Below, piece by piece: positions 54,454-55,989 of a DNA stretch of 55,989 nucleotides. Source of the stretch: Eubacteriales bacterium (GTDB lineage Bacteria; Bacillota; Clostridia; Oscillospirales; Oscillospiraceae); NCBI GenBank assembly GCA_030531585.1, contig JAUNNC010000003.1, positions 1,926 to 57,914 of the forward strand, written 5' to 3'. Both the position numbers and the translations under genes were made by a program. The notes beneath the pieces are model-generated. The model had not been told where the DNA came from, ran no database searches, and was given only the letters and a program-made list of their open reading frames with translations. How positions within the stretch are numbered: the stretch's first letter is position 1; each line of letters starts with the position of its first letter.

Positions 54454-54478
54454 CTTCCGGGAGACAATCTCCCGGAAG
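54454..54478. terminator. Bidirectional terminator between the Rrf2 gene and cysE
   Basis: CTTCCGGGAG-ACAAT-CTCCCGGAAG, flanked by AAAAGAA and CTCTTTTT. Confidence 0.7.
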
Positions 54479-54486
54479 CTCTTTTT

Positions 54487-55365
54487 CTACAGCATGGAAC
54501 AGTCCAATATGGAGTTTGTGATGACGTCCCGCGTCAGGGGCGGCTCCGTCACGGCGGCCCGGGCCAGCACCATCTTCCCGGCCGGGACCGAGTGGGTCAG
54601 CCACACGCTGCCGCCGATGATGCAGTCGCTTCCGATCTGCGTCCCGCCGCCCAGGATCGTGGCGCCCGAATAGATGACGACGCGGTCGCCGATATCGGGG
54701 TGCCGCTTGATCCCCTTGACGAGCGCGCCGTCCTCCCCGACCGCGAAGCTTTTGGCGCCGAGCGTGACGTGCTGATACAGCTTGACGTTCGTGCCGATGG
54801 TCGTCGTCTCGCCGATCACCACGCCGGTCCCGTGGTCGATGAAGAAGGAATCGCCGATGACCGCGCCGGGGTGGATGTCGATCCCCGTCAGGCGGTGGGC
54901 ATACTCCGTCATCATGCGCGGCAGCAGCGGCACGCCCTCCCGGTAGAGGATGTGCGCCAGACGGTAGGTGCTGATCGCCGTAAAGGCCGGATAGCAGAGG
55001 ATGACCTCGTCGACGCTTTTCGCCGCCGGGTCTCCCCGGTAGGCAGCGAGCAGGTCTGTCTGCAGCTGGCGTCTGATCTCGGGGAGATTTGCCAGCAGGG
55101 CAAGGACGATCTCCTCCGAACGAAGCGTTAAGGGCACGCGCGCGAGGATGCTCTCCAGCAGCGTGACCGCCTGCTCCAGAAACTTCTCCCGCGACTCATT
55201 TTGCGGGGCGAAGCGCGGAAACAGCGCATGGATCAAAAGATCGGTGAAGTGCTCAGCCTCCGCGCGAAGGTTTCTGTAATCCCGCGCCGTGCCTTCGCCG
55301 GGTGCTTCCGCCTGAGCGAGCTCGTCGGCGGTGTGCCGGATCAAAAGGGAGAGGGTCTGATCCAT
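54487..55365 (-). CDS. cysE: Serine O-acetyltransferase (long form)
   Basis: About 292 codons from ATG at 55365, one nt after the cysK stop. The track start at 55377 is a TTG. Has the hexapeptide-repeat region GIDIHPGAVIGDSFFIDHGTGVVIGETTTIG and an N-terminal SATase helical domain. Confidence 0.9.
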   Translation of the reverse strand: MDQTLSLLIRHTADELAQAEAPGEGTARDYRNLRAEAEHFTDLLIHALFPRFAPQNESREKFLEQAVTLLESILARVPLTLRSEEIVLALLANLPEIRRQLQTDLLAAYRGDPAAKSVDEVILCYPAFTAISTYRLAHILYREGVPLLPRMMTEYAHRLTGIDIHPGAVIGDSFFIDHGTGVVIGETTTIGTNVKLYQHVTLGAKSFAVGEDGALVKGIKRHPDIGDRVVIYSGATILGGGTQIGSDCIIGGSVWLTHSVPAGKMVLARAAVTEPPLTRDVITNSILDCSML

Positions 55366-55366
55366 A

Positions 55367-55989
55367 TCAGTCTGCAAACAGCGGCGTGGACAGATAGCGG
55401 TCGCCGGTATCGGGCAGCAGCGCGACGATGGTCTTGCCCTTGTTCTCCGGGCGCTTGGCGAGCGCTATCGCGGCCCAGACCGCGGCCCCTGAGGAGATGC
55501 CGACCAGCACGCCTTCCTTGCGGCCCACCAGCTTCCCCGCGGCAAAGGCGTCCTCGTTCTCCACGGCGATGACCTCGTCGTATACGGCCGTGTTCAGCAC
55601 GTCCGGCACGAAGCCCGCGCCGATGCCCTGGATCTTGTGCGCGCCGGCCGTGCCCTTCGACAGGACCGGCGAGCTCGCGGGCTCCACCGCCACGACCTTC
55701 ACGGCGGGGTTCTGCTCCTTGAGATACTCGCCCACGCCGGTGATCGTGCCGCCGGTCCCGACGCCCGCGACGAAGAGATCCACCTTGCCGTCGGTGTCCG
55801 CCCAGATCTCCGGCCCGGTGGTCGCCTTGTGGACGGCGGGGTTCGCGGGGTTGACGAACTGCCCGGGAATAAAAGCGTCGGGGATCTCTTTTGCCAGCTC
55901 GTCGGCTTTGGCGATCGCGCCCTTCATGCCCTTCGCGCCCTCGGTGAGCACCAGCTCCGCGCCGTAGGCCTTCATCAGCTGGCGGCGCT
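55367..55989 (-). CDS. cysK: Cysteine synthase A (O-acetylserine sulfhydrylase), C-terminal part (5' end beyond the right window edge)
   Basis: The reading frame is open to the edge. Has [22 protein letters not shown] and ISSGAA. Confidence 0.93.
   Translation of the reverse strand, partial: RRQLMKAYGAELVLTEGAKGMKGAIAKADELAKEIPDAFIPGQFVNPANPAVHKATTGPEIWADTDGKVDLFVAGVGTGGTITGVGEYLKEQNPAVKVVAVEPASSPVLSKGTAGAHKIQGIGAGFVPDVLNTAVYDEVIAVENEDAFAAGKLVGRKEGVLVGISSGAAVWAAIALAKRPENKGKTIVALLPDTGDRYLSTPLFAD

Overview
GC-rich chromosomal segment whose gene content points to a Firmicutes/Clostridia-type genome: T-box leader, ylmH, ireB, DUF512-der-plsY, yceD-rpmF. This taxonomic placement is inference. About 50 protein genes are supported, mostly housekeeping. 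From left to right: a minus-strand unit (EF-G/Tet(M)-like GTPase fused to a NYN nuclease, then ylmH, pepT, MFS). Next a long plus-strand run (response regulator, histidine kinase, DUF1385, prmC, recA, recX, rimO, pgsA, cysS). Then a membrane-protein pair. The accessory stretch at 18.6-35.2 kb holds pgmB plus a GH65 phosphorylase, an odd secreted zinc-ribbon/poly-Pro protein, 1.1 kb of non-coding mosaic hairpin repeats, and a 10.4 kb alpha-glucoside ABC/GH13 cassette. After that come ireB, pheST with a Phe T-box, tctBA, a vanY-like gene, mntP, plsY, der, DUF512, rpmF, yceD, a pseudouridine synthase, a Cys-rich duplicated beta-helix lipoprotein, a methyltransferase, a cytidine-deaminase-like gene, and an Rrf2 regulator next to cysE-cysK. 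No rRNA, tRNA, CRISPR array, transposase or integrase was seen. The items most worth follow-up are these. (1) The GTPase-NYN (Rae1/YacP-like) fusion, overlapped by ylmH and apparently leaderless. (2) A cytoplasmic ParB/Srx-like plus BMP/PnrA-like fusion protein inside the sugar cassette. (3) About 650 bp imperfect inverted mosaic repeats that exactly bracket that cassette, with hairpins kept by compensatory changes. All family assignments come from reading motifs by eye; no database search was possible.
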